Below are positions 38,811-53,930 of a stretch of 64,000 bases of DNA, piece after piece. The stretch's first letter is position 1. The number at the start of each line of letters is the position of its first letter. The position numbers and the translations under genes were made by a program. Under the pieces are notes generated by a model that did not search any database, was not told where the DNA came from, and worked only from the letters and a program-made list of their open reading frames with translations. Source of the stretch: Octopus sinensis (taxonomy: Eukaryota); NCBI RefSeq assembly GCF_006345805.1, contig NC_043001.1, positions 119,722,001 to 119,786,000 of the forward strand. The letters are read 5' to 3'.

Positions 38811-39929
38811 ATGCATAACATATATATAATATATAAAATTGAATAGGTTCACACACTACAGAAGCCCCCATGCAAATCTGGCAAATCTGGATAGCACTGG
38901 GTGAAATCTGAAGGTGGACAAGTTTTATACTGTACCCTACTACATTTCTAACAGAATATAACCTATATATATACACACTTTATTATTAAAGCTGAAAAAC
39001 ACAAAAATATCAATATTTTTGTGATGGTTTTGCAGCTTTAATAATAATGCATATTACTCTACTTCCAGTATTCAAGTAGTTTTTTTCTCCAACTTGTATC
39101 ACATTTATATATTTACTTGAGTATATATATATATGATGGACGATTTGACTGAGGACTGGCAAGCCTGATGGCTGCACCTGGCTCCAATCTGGTCTGGCAG
39201 AATTTCTTCAGCTGGATGCCCTTCCTAACACCAACCACTCTGAGAGTGTAGTCGGTGCTTTTATGTGCCACCGGCATGAGGGCCAGTCAGGCAGTACTGG
39301 CGACAGCCACACTCAAATGGTGTTTTTATGTGTGTGTGTGTGTGTGTGTGTTTAAGTATACATATGTTTATATATATATGTGTGTACATACATATATATA
39401 TATGTGCATATATAGCTGTTTATATATACTGTTTTAGTGATGGTAGTAGTATTAGTTCAAATTAGAAATCTATATATCATACTTAATGCATATACATTTC
39501 TGTTTTTTCAATATTATATGTCAATAAGAGATGCTTTCTCAAGATGAATGCTGCAGTTTAGAAGATTTTCAACAGTAAATATGCTTTAACTATAATGTTC
39601 ATAAATACCTGTGAAAATGCACCAATTTTATGTCACCAATTTTATGTAGATATCTTACATTAACAATTATCATTCTCAAAGTTTGAAACTCTTTTTGCTG
39701 GCTTTGGCATACCCATAGCCTCTAGCTGCTGAAGTGGAATGTCTGCCCACTTGATGTTAGCATTTGAAATATTTTAGCATATTTTTTGTGTGAGTAACCT
39801 CACTGTTTAATGTTTATGCTCTTATTCTTGTTGTAAAGTCATATGGAGATCTTCATTTTTTTTCTGTAAATATGCACATTTGTCTATCAGAACATCAAGG
39901 ATCATCTAATTATCTTGAGTGAAAGATGA

Positions 39930-40420
39930 CAGATGACTTGCACCGTGACTTTGTATAAAGTGAAGAAGAGTTGTGCACTGTCGACTTCACTTTCTCATCC
40001 ATGACCATCTTCAATTCAATGGCAAGACTGGGTCAAGACAGGTGGGGATGGGGATAGATTGCTGTGGATAACCAAGATATCTTGTTTGCCTCATCTTGCT
40101 CTCATCACTCCACTATACTTTGCCACAGTCACATTCCTTTTTCTTGGACCATGATGGTTTCTTTCATAGAGTCCACCAGAACTAGTCTTCATATGCATAA
40201 GTAGGCGAGTCCTAACTCACCAAGTGTTACTATCCATTGGTTACTCTCACCTGGTTTTGCCCACCAGTTGAAGTGGCTTTCTGGGGTCTAGCCACTATTG
40301 CATGCAAACGGCTACTTGGAACCACAGATGAGGATTGGATGGCAAGTGGAGGCCAAAGCAGATGAGTAACCCATAAGTGTGACACCCCACACACCCCTCT
40401 TTCAACATGAAATGCCATTG
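39930..40420 (-). mobile_element. RTE LINE 5' region remnant (5' UTR and start of endonuclease)
   Basis: Resembles, from memory, the 5' UTR and early endonuclease region of RTE/BovB elements; very degenerate. Confidence 0.4.
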
Positions 40421-41171
40421 CAATGTAACCGTGTCTTTGAAATGTTTACTTCAGTGCTTGTGATGAAAGTACCATACAGTTAGTTCCACACAGTAAGGCA
40501 AGATTGATTCCTACATGTATTCCACATGTTGGAGAATTCCTGCTGTTTAATGTATGATTCCACAACCGGTTAATTTAACTCTTTAGCATTTAAGCAGGCC
40601 ATATCTGGTCCAAATTTTCAACCTGTTTAATGTTAAAACTGGTCAGATGTGGCCTCTCACACCTGCCTTACAATGCCATTATAAAAACAATCACATTATC
40701 AAAATCTCAAAGTTACAAGATAACGCATGATTAATGCAAACCAATGCGAATAAGGAGGCAAGCATTTCACAGAGTATTCTGAGTGCTAAAGGGTAACAAT
40801 AAGAATTATGATATTTTGTACCTTCCATTTGGTGGAAACCTGAAATTTCTTGTGATTTAAGAATTGATGGGGTGATGTCTAGCTGTATTTTAGTATTTTA
40901 CAAGTTAAGAGAAACATTGTGATTCAGAGTTGCATTTCTGATATTAATGTATGATTGGTAGAAAAAGCATTTTAAGTATTTTAAACTTGGTCAAATCCTA
41001 TATCAGATCAGACAAGGAAAAGCTTAACCATTCAATTAGGTACATATATAATATATATGAAATTCCTTATACATCACAAATATGAATACAGACACATGCT
41101 CATACACACACACGCATGTACATATATATATATATATGATGATGATTATGATGATGATGATGATGATGATG

Positions 41172-41216
<45 letters not shown>

Positions 41217-41884
41217 TATTTTTTAATAATATATTATTATTATTAATATAAGGAAATCAATATTGAACTCAACATAAAGATGTACCCGTGTGAAAGACCT
41301 TATTGTATTAAAAATATATATAAATAAATATAAAAATATAAATATAATGTATAAGATAAATTTGGTAGTTTAAAAGTTTTGAATCAATTTTTATATTAAT
41401 TATGATAATGATAATAACAATAATAATAATAATCCATGGATGGAATTTGTAAATATTTTAATACATTGTTATGTGCATTTCCATGAATCACATGCTTTGT
41501 AAGTTCATAATCTGTATCCCTGATATGATTACAGTACAGTCTGTAGTATCCATGGTCATCAGGTGAACCATAGTTCAGGTGATTATTTCTTCAGGCAATA
41601 TTAGGCTGCAGCTGACATAATAAAATAGAAACCTTTATATGCCCACTCACAAATGTTTCCCATAAACGAATTTAAAGGATGTGTGTGTGTGTATGTGTGT
41701 GTGTGTGTGTGTGAGAGAGAGTGTGTGTATTCATATATATATACATACATACAAAGTGCAATGTATAAATTGTCATTTAAATTAGGCAAAAATGAAAATG
41801 ATAGCGACAACTCATTTTAAGAGATAAATTTGCCAAAATTACATAAAAAGATCTTGAAATACTAGATAGATAAACAGACAGACA

Positions 41885-42035
41885 GATACATACATACATA
41901 CATACATACATACATACATACATACATTATTATGGCTGCCCCCTCGTTATCAAGTATGGCCATTGCACGAAGCTTAACTGTTACTGGTGCTGTGATCTAA
42001 TGTGACTTTTTAACCCAGCTAAAGATCTAACATAC

Positions 42036-42102
<67 letters not shown>

Positions 42103-42180
42103 CATACATACATACATACATACATACATACATACATACATACATACATACATACATACATACATACATACATACATAAA
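41885..42180. repeat. (TACA)n and (TAGA)n tetranucleotide repeats
   Basis: Direct observation. Confidence 0.95.
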
Positions 42181-43140
42181 TATATACATATATACATATA
42201 TGCACATATATATGCATATGTATATATATATATATGCATATATATATATGTATATATATATCAGAAACAAGTTAGAAATAATGGTCATTACATATAATTC
42301 CTTTAATGGAACAAATTTGGCTCACAGCTGTATCCAGAAATCATTATAGGTACATTATTCATAGGTTTATTCAGTTGGTCTATTTACTCAGTTGATGAAC
42401 TGAGGTAAATTGAACAACCTAAGAAAATTAATGCTACTTTCATCAGAGCCATTTCTGGAAGTAACAAGCTGACCACTCGAGGAATGGCCATTGTGCCAGA
42501 GTATCCAGGCTGTGTTTGTATGAAATATAAACAGACCCATCTCATTAATGGGTACACCTACAAACGCACCCTTTGACCATTACTTTCTGCAACCCTCTCT
42601 TTCCTTCACTTTTACTCCTGATATCATTCATTATCCTCTCCTCTGTCACCCCTACTTCCATCCCAGTACTGTTCACTCTGTTCGAAGGTGAAATAAACGT
42701 CAGAGATGCTTTGCCCCACACAGACAATGTAGGAGCTACACAGAGGTTTTGCAAGTTCTTCTGAATCCTTCACAGTGATATTATTCTTTCCATTACCTCC
42801 TTTTTTGCAATAAATCTTTCCATCCCAGGGGTTAGGAGTGCTTTCTTTATGTTTGCATGTTACAAAGTGGTCAAGCAAGGCTTGAGGGAGCACTTTCATC
42901 TCAATGCTGGCAAAACAACCTCTGTATTGAGGTACCACAGAAAAATGCATCAAGAACACTCTGTAAAGTAGGTGGTGTTGGAAAGGGTCTCCAGCCATAG
43001 AAACTTTGCCAAAATTGATACATTGTAGCAAGGCATGGTCATCCAATATGTTGAAACCTATCAGTCTTACACTACCCTGAAAAGCAGATATAAAAGGAGA
43101 AAGAGGAGGATGCACACATATATACAAATACACACACACA

Positions 43141-43184
<44 letters not shown>

Positions 43185-43365
43185 TGTATGAATACTTGTG
43201 TATATACATATTTATAAATATATAAATAAGGGTGGAGGAGGTGTCCTCCTGGGGCTACAAACTACAGTAGCATCCACCCTTAGGGGTTAGCCATATTTAA
43301 ATGGCAAATATACGTCATAATGTGTTGCAGCTACTGTTTATAACTCGCTCTAAGATTTATTATTG

Positions 43366-43403
<38 letters not shown>

Positions 43404-43404
43404 T

Positions 43405-43790
43405 ATATGGGTACAGAATGTCACCAACTGTGCAAACAACATGAAATACATAAAAACAGGACAAGTAAACTCAGACAAGGGACCCTTCATCAGTTGTTGG
43501 CTGTCTATCTACTCCTCATTTTGAACATTCAAATACAAGCATGATTAATGAGTGCACAGTGGGGGGGGTGCAAAAACCTGGGTATATATAGAGTCGAGAG
43601 GCTACCGGATAGCAATGATACAGGGCATATGAGTGGAACACATGAGTCAGGGGCTAGCAGAGAGCAATGATACAGTAGCACAGGGCCAAGAGAACAAGAT
43701 TGGGGAGTAGGAGCTAAGCATAGTGCATAAAGTGCAAATGTGAGGATATATGCCTTTTGGGGTGGTTAGCCCCTCTTCAGCATCAAGAAC
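43405..43790 (-). mobile_element. Penelope-like 3' end / terminal-repeat remnant
   Basis: Adjacent to (TA)n; carries cagccaacaaCTGATGAAGGG (5' half of a hammerhead) and a decayed CTGAAGA-GGGG..CCCC-AAAA. Confidence 0.5.
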
Positions 43791-44154
43791 TGGAAAGGGA
43801 AATGCTACAAATTAAAGTAGATATTTCTTATTATATTCCGGTCATTGTACAGTGACTAGCTGTACTAATTGGTGGCTTGCCCTTGATAAAATACAGAATA
43901 GAAATACCAAGCAGTGATGTGTATAAACACAAATTTGTTACCAGTTCAAATATGTGCTTTGGGCATGTTCAAGCCCCTAAGAAAGGCATTTATTATATTT
44001 TGAAATGGAGAAAATTTCACACCAAAAATAAATAGGAGTAAACACCAAGCAAGATCAAAGTGCCATATAACCATATAACCACACTGAAGGATGCACTCAT
44101 TTTAAAGTGGTTAACTCCTCTTCAACATCAGTTTGCTATTCACAATATATATAT

Positions 44155-44233
<79 letters not shown>

Positions 44234-45007
44234 TAATAATAGCCCATCCATCAACTTTGACAATGACAAAGAAGTAAAGTAGCAGCCACATGTATAATTA
44301 TATACATAAAATAGATCATGAGAAATAGAATGTGTGAAAGAAATACAGAAAACAGAAGACAAAGATGCACAAAAGGTATCTTGTTCATATATTCATGATC
44401 AATGAAAACAGTGACATCAATAGCCTAGCATTTCAAGGACACATCCTCACAGACAACTGAAGAATCACAATTGCTCCCACCTATGGTCCAGGCACAAAAA
44501 GACACATAAGTGGTAATATATACATACATACATATATACATATACATATACATGCATTTATATATATATATATATATATATATTATCTTTTATCTTTTAT
44601 GTGTACAGCATTGGATAGTAGTTTGGCTGGGGCATTGTCTTGAAAGAAGGGATTTAGTCAAACACATCAAGCGCAGCATTTATTTTTTCAATCTGGTACA
44701 TATTCTATTGGCCTCTTGCCAAACTATGTTATAAGGATGTAATCAAACCAACACTAATAGTCAAACAATCCAAGGAGAAAAACACAAACACCAAGACACA
44801 CTCACAAAGATATATGTGCGTGTGTATGTGTGTGTATGTGTGTGTGTATGTGTGTGTGTATGTGTGTGTGTGTATGTGTGTATAAATGTATATAAAATAC
44901 ATACATGTATTTTATTAATTTGCCTGTACAGCTGTTAAACTTTCCACATGTGATGGTATTTTGATAATACCATCCCTTCTTATAATATATATATGTATAT
45001 ATGTATT

Positions 45008-45069
<62 letters not shown>

Positions 45070-45239
45070 TGTATGTATATATGCATATATGTAGGTATAT
45101 CCACACACACAATGAGCCATCATGCACTTTCTATCTACCAAATCTACCCTCAAGGCATTGGTCATCCCAAAGTTATAGTAGAAGATATTTGACCAAGCTA
45201 TCACACAGTTAGACTTGCTAAAAGTTCAAAGACAATGTA

Positions 45240-46580
45240 CTAAAAAATAAGTGACTAGAGAGGCTTTAAATTATTGGACCAGGTTATGAAGATTAAAGAA
45301 AATGTTATGGCACAACTGATTAGAATTAACATACATGCAATGTTGTTTGATTTTTATTTTTTCGGTGGGGGGACCTGTAAAAGAAACCACTGCTGATGCC
45401 ATCTTCTCAATGAGACAGCTGCATGAAGAGTATCTAGTCAGGAATAAGCTTCTATACCTAGCATTTGTTGACTAGAGAAGGTCTTCAATTGAGTTCCTCA
45501 CTCTGTGATCTAGTAGTCACTGAGGAAGCAAAGAGTAAACAAATGGCTTGTGAGAGCTGTACAAGCCAAATATAGGGCTGTGGTCAATAAGGTGAGATTT
45601 GGCCATAAGTATAATGATGAATTCAGCAGGAGAGTAGAGGATGTACCAGTGTTAGTCTTTGGCTCACTTCCCTTTATTATACTTTTTCAAGTCACAGCAG
45701 AAGAGTTCATGCTCAGCTGCCTTCTTTATGCTGATGACCTGGCTCTTACAGCTGAATCACTAGTAGAATTAGAAAAAATATTCCAAATAAGGAAACAAAA
45801 CCTGGAATCAAGAGGCCTCAAAGTGAATTTAGCAAAGATTACAGTATTTATAAGTGGTAAAGGAGATCCTACAACAAGCTTGATATACAGAAAAGGTGTT
45901 GGTAGAAATTGTAAGCAGTCTAACAAGTGTAAGCTATAGATGCAGAATGAGATTAGCTGGATCACAGGAAAGTTAACAGAGAAAGTAAATTTTACATGAA
46001 GCAGGCACACAAGAACATGAAGTACTGATGGTACATGTGCAATTAACTCACTCCAGGCCCAGGTAGTATTAAAACTACTCTAGAAGTAGCTGATAGTTTT
46101 TCTCATTTGGAGGACCTAATTAGCAGTAGGTTGGGTGTTCTGAGAGTGCAGTAGAGAGTATGAGAACTAGTTGAGAAAAGATCAGAGAGTCATTACCTCA
46201 ACAGGTAATACATGGCTTCCCCCTCGGAGATTGTATGATGCTTAGGTATGAAGTACAATGCTGCATGACAGTGAGATTTAAGACCTAAATCCAGAGGACT
46301 TGCAAAGACTAGAATGAAAAAAATCATGCTCTGCAGGTATTTACATGTGCATGAATGATGAGGAAAGATGATCATAAGATGAATCAAAAGCAGTGAGTAA
46401 GAGAAAAGATTGTTTGATATGGGAACATAAGGAATATGGATAAGAACTACCCTGAAAAGGAAGTGCTGTTCACTCAAAGTATGGAAGGGGGAAACCAAAG
46501 AAGAGTTTTTGTGAAGTGGTGAAGACAGATCTGAAGGAGTTCAATCTCGTGGCAGAGATGACAAAGGACTGAATTAACTG
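45240..46580 (+). mobile_element. Degenerate RTE LINE reverse transcriptase to C-terminus
   Basis: LLDQVMK; FVD*RRSS (FVDLEKAFD region); CLLYADDLALTAESLVELEK; GLKVNLAK. Confidence 0.9.
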
Positions 46581-46819
46581 CTAGTAAGCAATACATGTGA
46601 AGAATTCCTTTCTCAACCAGGCCAGGTAATATGGTTCATAAAAAAATTACATATGCAATTATATATGTATATAAAATGTATATGTATATAAATTATATAT
46701 CTATGTATATGTATAAATATGTATATGTATATAAAGATATATACATATATATCTTTATATATGTATGTAAATGTGTGTGTATGTGTGAGTATATATATAT
46801 AAATATATAAGCATATATT

Positions 46820-47460
46820 TTTAGGCTATGTGAAGATCAACCAGCAAAATATCAAGAGAGTAGTCAAATTCACCTATCTGGGTAGTGTCATCAGTGAAAA
46901 CAGCAATATTGAGACTAATCTCAGCCATGGAATTAGCAAAGTTGCAGCCATGTTCCAGAGAACATGCAATATAATGGTCCTCCTGTGCCATCAGCTTACA
47001 CACAAAGATCCAGCCCTGTTACAGCATTGTTCAACTAGTAGCTCTCTATGCTAGGGAGACATGGAAGAGCCTCATGAAAATAGACAGAAAGCTAGATGGT
47101 TTCCATCAAAGATGTTTGAGAAGGATTCTGAGAATGTACTCACAAGACAACGTAACCAATAAAGACATTCTAAAGAGAGCCAACACACGACCATAGAGTG
47201 AAATCCCCATGGAACAAAGATTCAAACTAGCAGATCATACACTTTGGTCACCAGAACAATGCCATTCTAAAACAACTTTCGAATGGCACCACCCGAGGGG
47301 AGAAGAAAGAGACAGATCAAAACCTTCATGGTACAGAACATTCATAACTGACATGAGGAAGGCCAGTATCACATGGGCAGATGTAGACAAAACTTCAGCC
47401 AACAGAACCAGCAGCATTAACTATCTACCCAATGTGGTTGAGAGCACAGGATGAAGTGGT
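46820..47460 (+). mobile_element. RTE-clade LINE C-terminal fragment (second subfamily)
   Basis: VKINQQNIKRVVKFTYLGSVISEN; RKLDGFHQRCLRRILR. Confidence 0.85.
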
Positions 47461-47572
47461 ACTGATACATTTCATATATATGTACATACTTGTATACAGG
47501 TGTATATGTTGGTATATTAGTGTATCTAAAAAGTTCACTTTCCCATCACCTAGTTCTGGGTACAGTCCATAA

Positions 47573-47635
<63 letters not shown>

Positions 47636-47637
<2 letters not shown>

Positions 47638-47860
47638 GTTGAGTAGCCTGGTGGTTCGGCATGTTGGTTAGGCTTTGATTCCCTGACCAGTTATACATTA
47701 TCCAGCTGTAATGGATAATTCAGCACTGAATTGGCCTTCCGATCAGGGGGAATGTTGGCCTACTCACCTAGCCAGTGTGGTGGCATCACTCGAAAGCTAA
47801 AACGATGAAAAGTGCATTGTGATCAGCGATATACAACAACATCCAAAGTCTGATCAATCA
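47636..47860 (+). mobile_element. Probable SINE with a decayed tRNA-like head
   Basis: agtagcctggtggtt...tttgattccctg head; flanked by (TA)n. Confidence 0.45.
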
Positions 47861-48009
47861 CAATCAAAAGATAGATATATATATATATATATATATACAT
47901 ATGTATATATATATATAATGTATGTATACAAATATATACGCACATATATATCTATATGCAGACACATTCACACATATATATATGTATATATATGTATGTG
48001 TGTGTGTGT

Positions 48010-48400
48010 GTGCTATCCTCAGCTTCCACCACATCTTCAAGATAGCTCAGGAACCTAGCACATGCTTTTCTTACTGTGAACCTGGGAAGATCTTCGAGCA
48101 TTTTCTTGATCTTGGCCACCTGCTTGGTCTTGGTACTCTGGCATAGAGGTTGGTGTCTTTCTCAGCCATGCCTCACACATAGTAATCCATGGGATTACAA
48201 TCGGTGAAATTAGAAGGCCAGAAATTGGGGGTGGGTGAAGTCATAGAAATTCTTCAACAACCACTTCTAACTTTTTCTGGAGGTATAGCAAGGAGCTGAA
48301 CCCTACTGTCACGTATATGGCCTTTCAGCAGTAACCCTCTCCGGCCAGTTATTAACCACATTCTCCAGCAGCTTCACATAGTCATCTGAATTGAACCTCA
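48010..48400 (-). mobile_element. maT/DD37D-type transposase pseudogene fragment
   Basis: RFNSDDYVKLLENVV...GSAPCYTSRK...DCNPMDYY remnants. Confidence 0.75.
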
Positions 48401-48549
48401 CTAAAGACGCACCCAAAGACTATCACAGTTTGGGGAAACTTGGTTTTTCAGGATATGAGGGACATCACATTGATTGTAGGCAAGCCATCTGTTGTTTCTG
48501 GTGCTGGAAGAAATTATCAAATTTAGCCCAAACACCCTGCACATGCAAA

Positions 48550-48782
48550 CATACTTACATACATACATACATGCATACATACATACATACATACATACAT
48601 ACATACATACATACATACATACATACATACATACATACATACATACATACATGCATACATACATACATACATACATACATACATACATACATACATACAT
48701 ACATGCATACATACATACATACATACATACATACATACATACATACATACATACATGCATACATACATACATACATACATAC
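48550..48782. repeat. Long (TACA)n tetranucleotide repeat
   Basis: Direct observation; TGCA variant units at 48571, 48651, 48703 and 48755. Confidence 0.97.
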
Positions 48783-48789
48783 AATGGTT

Positions 48790-50640
48790 TCAATGTAGCT
48801 GGGCTACAAGAAAGCCTTTGACTCTGCACCACACTCATAAATGCTACAACCCCCTCATCTTGCTAAAATTCCTGAGAGCACAGTCAATGTGATAACTAAC
48901 CTGACTTCATTGTGGGCTATCAACTTGAAGTTAAATACAAGGGGTGATTGTTTAATCACTGATAAAATACAGTCTTGTAGCGGTATAATCCCTGAGGACA
49001 GCCTCTCAGTGATGCTGTTCATACTGTCAGTAAACCCCTTGTCATTCATGTTGAGGTAATCTGAAGTGTATCACACTGGTTCACAAGGAGATAAAAAGAC
49101 CAAAATTACACACTACTTTTTTGGTGGATGACTTGAAACAGAATACCAAGAATATGAAGGGATGAAAAAGGGACTTGACCTGGTTGCTACATTTTCAAAG
49201 GATATAGGGTTGAAGTTTAGTCAAGATAAAGGTTGCTATATGGTTGTGAAATGAAGGAAAGGTACAAACCAGACTAGTAGCATCTACATCAATGACTTTA
49301 TTGCTCCTCCTATATATGATGAGGAATGTTACAGGTATCTAGGAGTAGATGAAATCATATCTTACAATGGTACCTGTAACAAAGCATGTGTTAATTAAAG
49401 ATTTTTACAGTTGGATAAGGAAAATAGAAACTTCTGGACACTCTGCAGTCAAAAAAACAGTGACCCACAATGTGTTTGCAGTACCAGTGCTCATACCGAC
49501 ATTTGGACTACTTGATTGGCACTTGATGATATTGAAGCCATTGATGTAAAAACCCAGAAGATACTGACCAGTACAAATAATTTTCACATCAAAAGTGACG
49601 GAGACCACCTCTGGTTAAAATGTAAAAAAAGGAGGCAGGGATTGAACATCAATCAAAACTGCCTGTAAATGTTGTATCTTTTAACCACCAGGTGTCAAAG
49701 AATATTTCTTGATCAAGTTTGTATACAAGAAGCAGATAAGATTAAAAGACTTGGAAAGTAGCTGCTTGAGCATCATTCTTTGTCTGATCACTTTGAATAC
49801 AAGCCCAAAGAAGCTGCACGACCCTAATGTAATGTATTACCAGATGAAAGGATGATTGTATATCAGAAGACCATGAATTGGATATATTAGTAGAAAGTTC
49901 TGGTATGATAGTAACATTGATCCTCAAAGCAGTCTATCATGGACCGACAACTGGATTACTAACTCTCACTTTGAAGGGTTTGCGTTTGTAATCCAAGAAC
50001 AGGAAATAGCAACAAACACCTGATGTACAAAAGGGGGGAGAGACAGAAAAACGCCAAAATGTGACAACTAATGCAAGATTTTGTGGAGCTGACACCAAAG
50101 ATATTATCCACATTATAAGCAGTTATCCAAAAGTGCCATCATACTAATATCTACCAATGAGACATGATGCTGTAGTCAAGACACTGTATAATGAGATCGA
50201 TCAGAAGGATAATTCTGAGGCCAAAGAGATAAGAACCCATGGTATGGTAGAGCCACTTATGTAGTAGCCACTTATGACAAGGAAGAGTACTGGTAGAATG
50301 TCCCAGTGAAAACCTCAATAAAATGTAAACATAATAGACATAGTGATTTGGGACAGAGAAGAGAAACTATGTACCTATGTACAATAGGGGAAATCAGCTA
50401 CCCCAATAGATGTCAAGATAAAGCTAAAGATCAGTGAAAAAGAAAACACTTACATTGAACTATTGAGAAATTTAGTTACTCAACCTAGATTTCAAGTTCA
50501 GTTTTATACCTATAATTATTGTGGCACTGAGATACATTTCAAACTTCCTAAGTGCCAATCTTGAAAAATTAAGCTTCTCAAAACCAGAAACCAGAAAGCT
50601 AATTAAAAGATTACTGATTCAAGCCATCAAGGAAGTGTAA
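48790..50640 (+). mobile_element. Degenerate R4/Dong-like (RLE) non-LTR retrotransposon, RT to C-terminus
   Basis: YKKAFDSAPHS; EDSLSVMLFILSVNPLSFMLR; VDDLK; FCGADTKDIIHIISS...YLPMRHDAVVK; DIVIWDREEK..ISYPIDVKI. Confidence 0.8.
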
Positions 50641-50928
50641 AAATTTTGTAAAACTATCCAGAAATTTAGAATCTAAGTATACATGCACATGCCTGGACAT
50701 GCAACTATATGCATGAAAATACATACATAAAATGCAACATACAAAACTGCACATCCACCTACTCCAAATACTGCACATATACACACAAACATGCACAAAT
50801 ACCCTGTTGATGTTGTTGAAATTCCAATGAAGGTGCCTTGGATCTAGGTTAGAAACCAGCTCTTTCTTTATTAGCAAGAAATCCTGAAATAAAACTGAAT
50901 AATAACATACATACATGTGTGTGTGTGT

Positions 50929-50967
<39 letters not shown>

Positions 50968-51624
50968 TGTGTGTTAATTGTTTCAGTCATTAGACTGCGG
51001 CAAAGCTGGAGCACCATCTTGAAGAATTTTTAGTCAAATTAATCAACACCTAGTATTTCTATTTTAAAACTGATACTTGTTCTATCAATCTCTTTTGCTG
51101 AACTGCTAAGTTACAAGGACTTAAACTGATGGACACTGGTTGTCAGGTAGTGGTGGAGGACAAACGAAGACAAAGCACTATCCGAACATGGCTGATGCCA
51201 GCTCCGCCTTGACTGGCTCCCATGCCGGTGGCACGTAAAAAGCACCAATCCGATCGTGGCCGTTGCCAGCCTCACCTGGCACCTGTGCTGGGGGAACGTA
51301 AAAAGCACCCACTACACTCACGGAGTGGTTGGTGTTAGGAAGGGCATCCAGCTGTAGAAACATTGCCAGATAAGACTGGAGCCTGGTGCAGCCTTCTGGC
51401 TTCCCAGATCCCCGGTCGAACTGTCCAACCCATGCTAGCATGGAGAACGGACATTAAATGATGATGATGATGATTATATACAACGAGCTTCTTTCAGTTT
51501 CCATCTACTAAATCCACACACAAGGCTTTGATCAGCCCAATGCTTTAGTAGAAGACACTTGCCTTAGGTGCCATACAGTGGGATTGAACCCAGAACCATG
51601 TGGTTGTAAAGCAAACTTCGTTCA

Positions 51625-52127
51625 GGGTGACTGTTAACCCCCTGAATGAATGAAAACATCATGAAAATTTATAAACTATTCTTAGAGGACTGAACAGTTG
51701 ATGTACTTGTTCATTTGACTGTCCTGGTATGTCCTGGAGCTCCTGACAATGGATTTTGAGTGAAGGGTTGCAACGAAAAGTGTTGCAGCAAAATTTGTTC
51801 TTTGCCAGATCATGAAAGATCAAAAGCAGTCATGACTGAATGCATGTCATGAACTGAAAGAACAAATGGAAGTTGAAATGGACCATTTTTCAAAGGTGAT
51901 GAAAGCTGGTGCTACAGATGTAGAAGAGGGGAAGAAAAAAACAATGAAAGCATTAAAATGCATCACTATGCAAGAGTTCCAGCACTGCTTCAAATAGGGG
52001 AAATGCATCTAGGCCAATGCACTGCTTCAAATGGAGAATACTTTGAAGCCAATAACAGTGCAAACATGTAAAACTAAGTGAATAAAATAATTTTGTAAAA
52101 TTCTGGCTGCTTTTGGGTACCCCCTTG

Positions 52128-52130
<3 letters not shown>
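51625..52130 (+). mobile_element. Internally deleted mariner element
   Basis: RLNACHELKEQ-type N-terminal piece fused to KKTMKALKCITMQEFQHCF...CTASNGEYFEA C-terminus; right TIR ..gggtacccccttgta. Confidence 0.75.
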
Positions 52131-52199
<69 letters not shown>

Positions 52200-52273
52200 A
52201 CCTTCCATGCTGCAACTGTTTTTGTTCCAGCACACAATCTCAGATCAGGTCACTTGCTATGCAAGTACATCTT

Positions 52274-52316
<43 letters not shown>

Positions 52317-52940
52317 ATATATATAAATGGGGTGGGGTTGTGTAGGAATATATACTCAACAGTTATTTATACTTAAGTGGATATCATGCTATATAGTTTA
52401 AAATCAATAGAAAAAAATAATGAATAGCAAACAAAATAATTATATCAATGTGTATAAGTTGTGTACATGGGTATTTTCTCTTATACACTGAAGTTAGTGA
52501 ACAATGCAAGAAAAAATGATTATCCAATCATTAATATATATGTAATTGTATGGTAATATATTGTTATTTAGTTGAGTCAGCCTTTGTATGAATACGTGTG
52601 TTTGTAATAGCAGTAATGATCCTAACCCAACAATCATAAACAAACATTAGTTACAAAAAATATTTGGCTAATTAATTAAATAGGTAAATAAATGAAAACA
52701 CAAACATCTTGTAAAACATGTTTTCTTATTTATAACGACTCATCATTTATTAGTTATTGTTATTTTGCCATTTTTCTTTACGTAAATGTGCATCCGTAGC
52801 TAGATATGTAAGTGCCTAGGTGATCCAGTATTTTGTAATATGTTTGTTACGTTCATTAGAATAAAATGTATATGCAAGCTTATGCAAAGATATTTCTGCA
52901 TATACTATGCTATACTATGCTATACTATGCATATACTATG

Positions 52941-52986
<46 letters not shown>

Positions 52987-53403
52987 CACACATACACACA
53001 CAAGTAATATTTATATCTATCTGTCCGTTTGTCTGTCTGTTTTTGTCTGTATGCATGTTTGTGTATTTATGTATAAAAGTTGCAAAAATGAAGCCAAACC
53101 AAATAGTGATGTTTTGAAGTCATTTAGTACATATGTATCAGGTTTGCATAATGTATATAAGAAATGCATCCATTATGTAAACCTTCTTCAGTTATAGCGT
53201 TTCAAAATTTGAAGGAATTGATGAAAATATTTCAATATATATGGCTACTAAGTCAGGAAGATGGATATGTATAAAGATGGGGAGAAAGAAGCAGGGTAGG
53301 AGGAGACAGGGAGAAAGAGAGGAAAAGGGAGAAAAAAGAAGAGAAAGATATCTAAAGAGAGAGATTGGGGAAGAAATGAATATATATTTATGCATATATA
53401 TCA

Positions 53404-53456
<53 letters not shown>

Positions 53457-53877
53457 TATATATAATTTTGGTGATTTAAATAAAAGTTTTGACTGTTATT
53501 TCCAGCAGCTAGACATACTTAGTATGTCCTTTGATTAATTTTAATCCTTCAGCTATTTAATGCTTTTTAGGGGCCTGTAATCGTCTATATTATTGATTCT
53601 GTCATAATCCTTTTTAAATTGTTACACTAGATAATAACAGAGTCAATGGTGTCTTTGCAAATTATTTTTTCATGAATTATTTTTCTCATGAATTATTTGC
53701 TCTGTATCATCATCATCATCATCATCATTTAACGTCCGCTTTCCATGCTAGCATGGGTTGGACGGTTCAACTGGGGTCTGGGGAGCCCGAAAGCTGCACC
53801 AGTCCAGTCAGATCTGGCAGTGTTTCTACAGCTGGATGCCCTTCCTAACGCCAACCACTCCGAGAGTGTAGTGGGTG

Positions 53878-53914
<37 letters not shown>

Positions 53915-53930
53915 TTCATTTGTGGATTAA

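Noticed and set aside
43750-43784. CTGAAGA-GGGG-ctaacca-CCCC-AAAA on the minus strand
   Set aside because: Stem II is perfect, but the G of GAAA, the NUH triplet and stem I pairing are missing; at best a dead relic.
44420-44456. CTGTGA-GGA-tgtg-TCC-TT-GAAA on the minus strand
   Set aside because: The core has a deletion, and there is no cleavage triplet or stem I; too degenerate to call.
53183-53215. GAAAC followed by CTGAAGA on the minus strand
   Set aside because: The 7-nt spacer cannot hold stem III, the triplet and stem I; chance co-occurrence.
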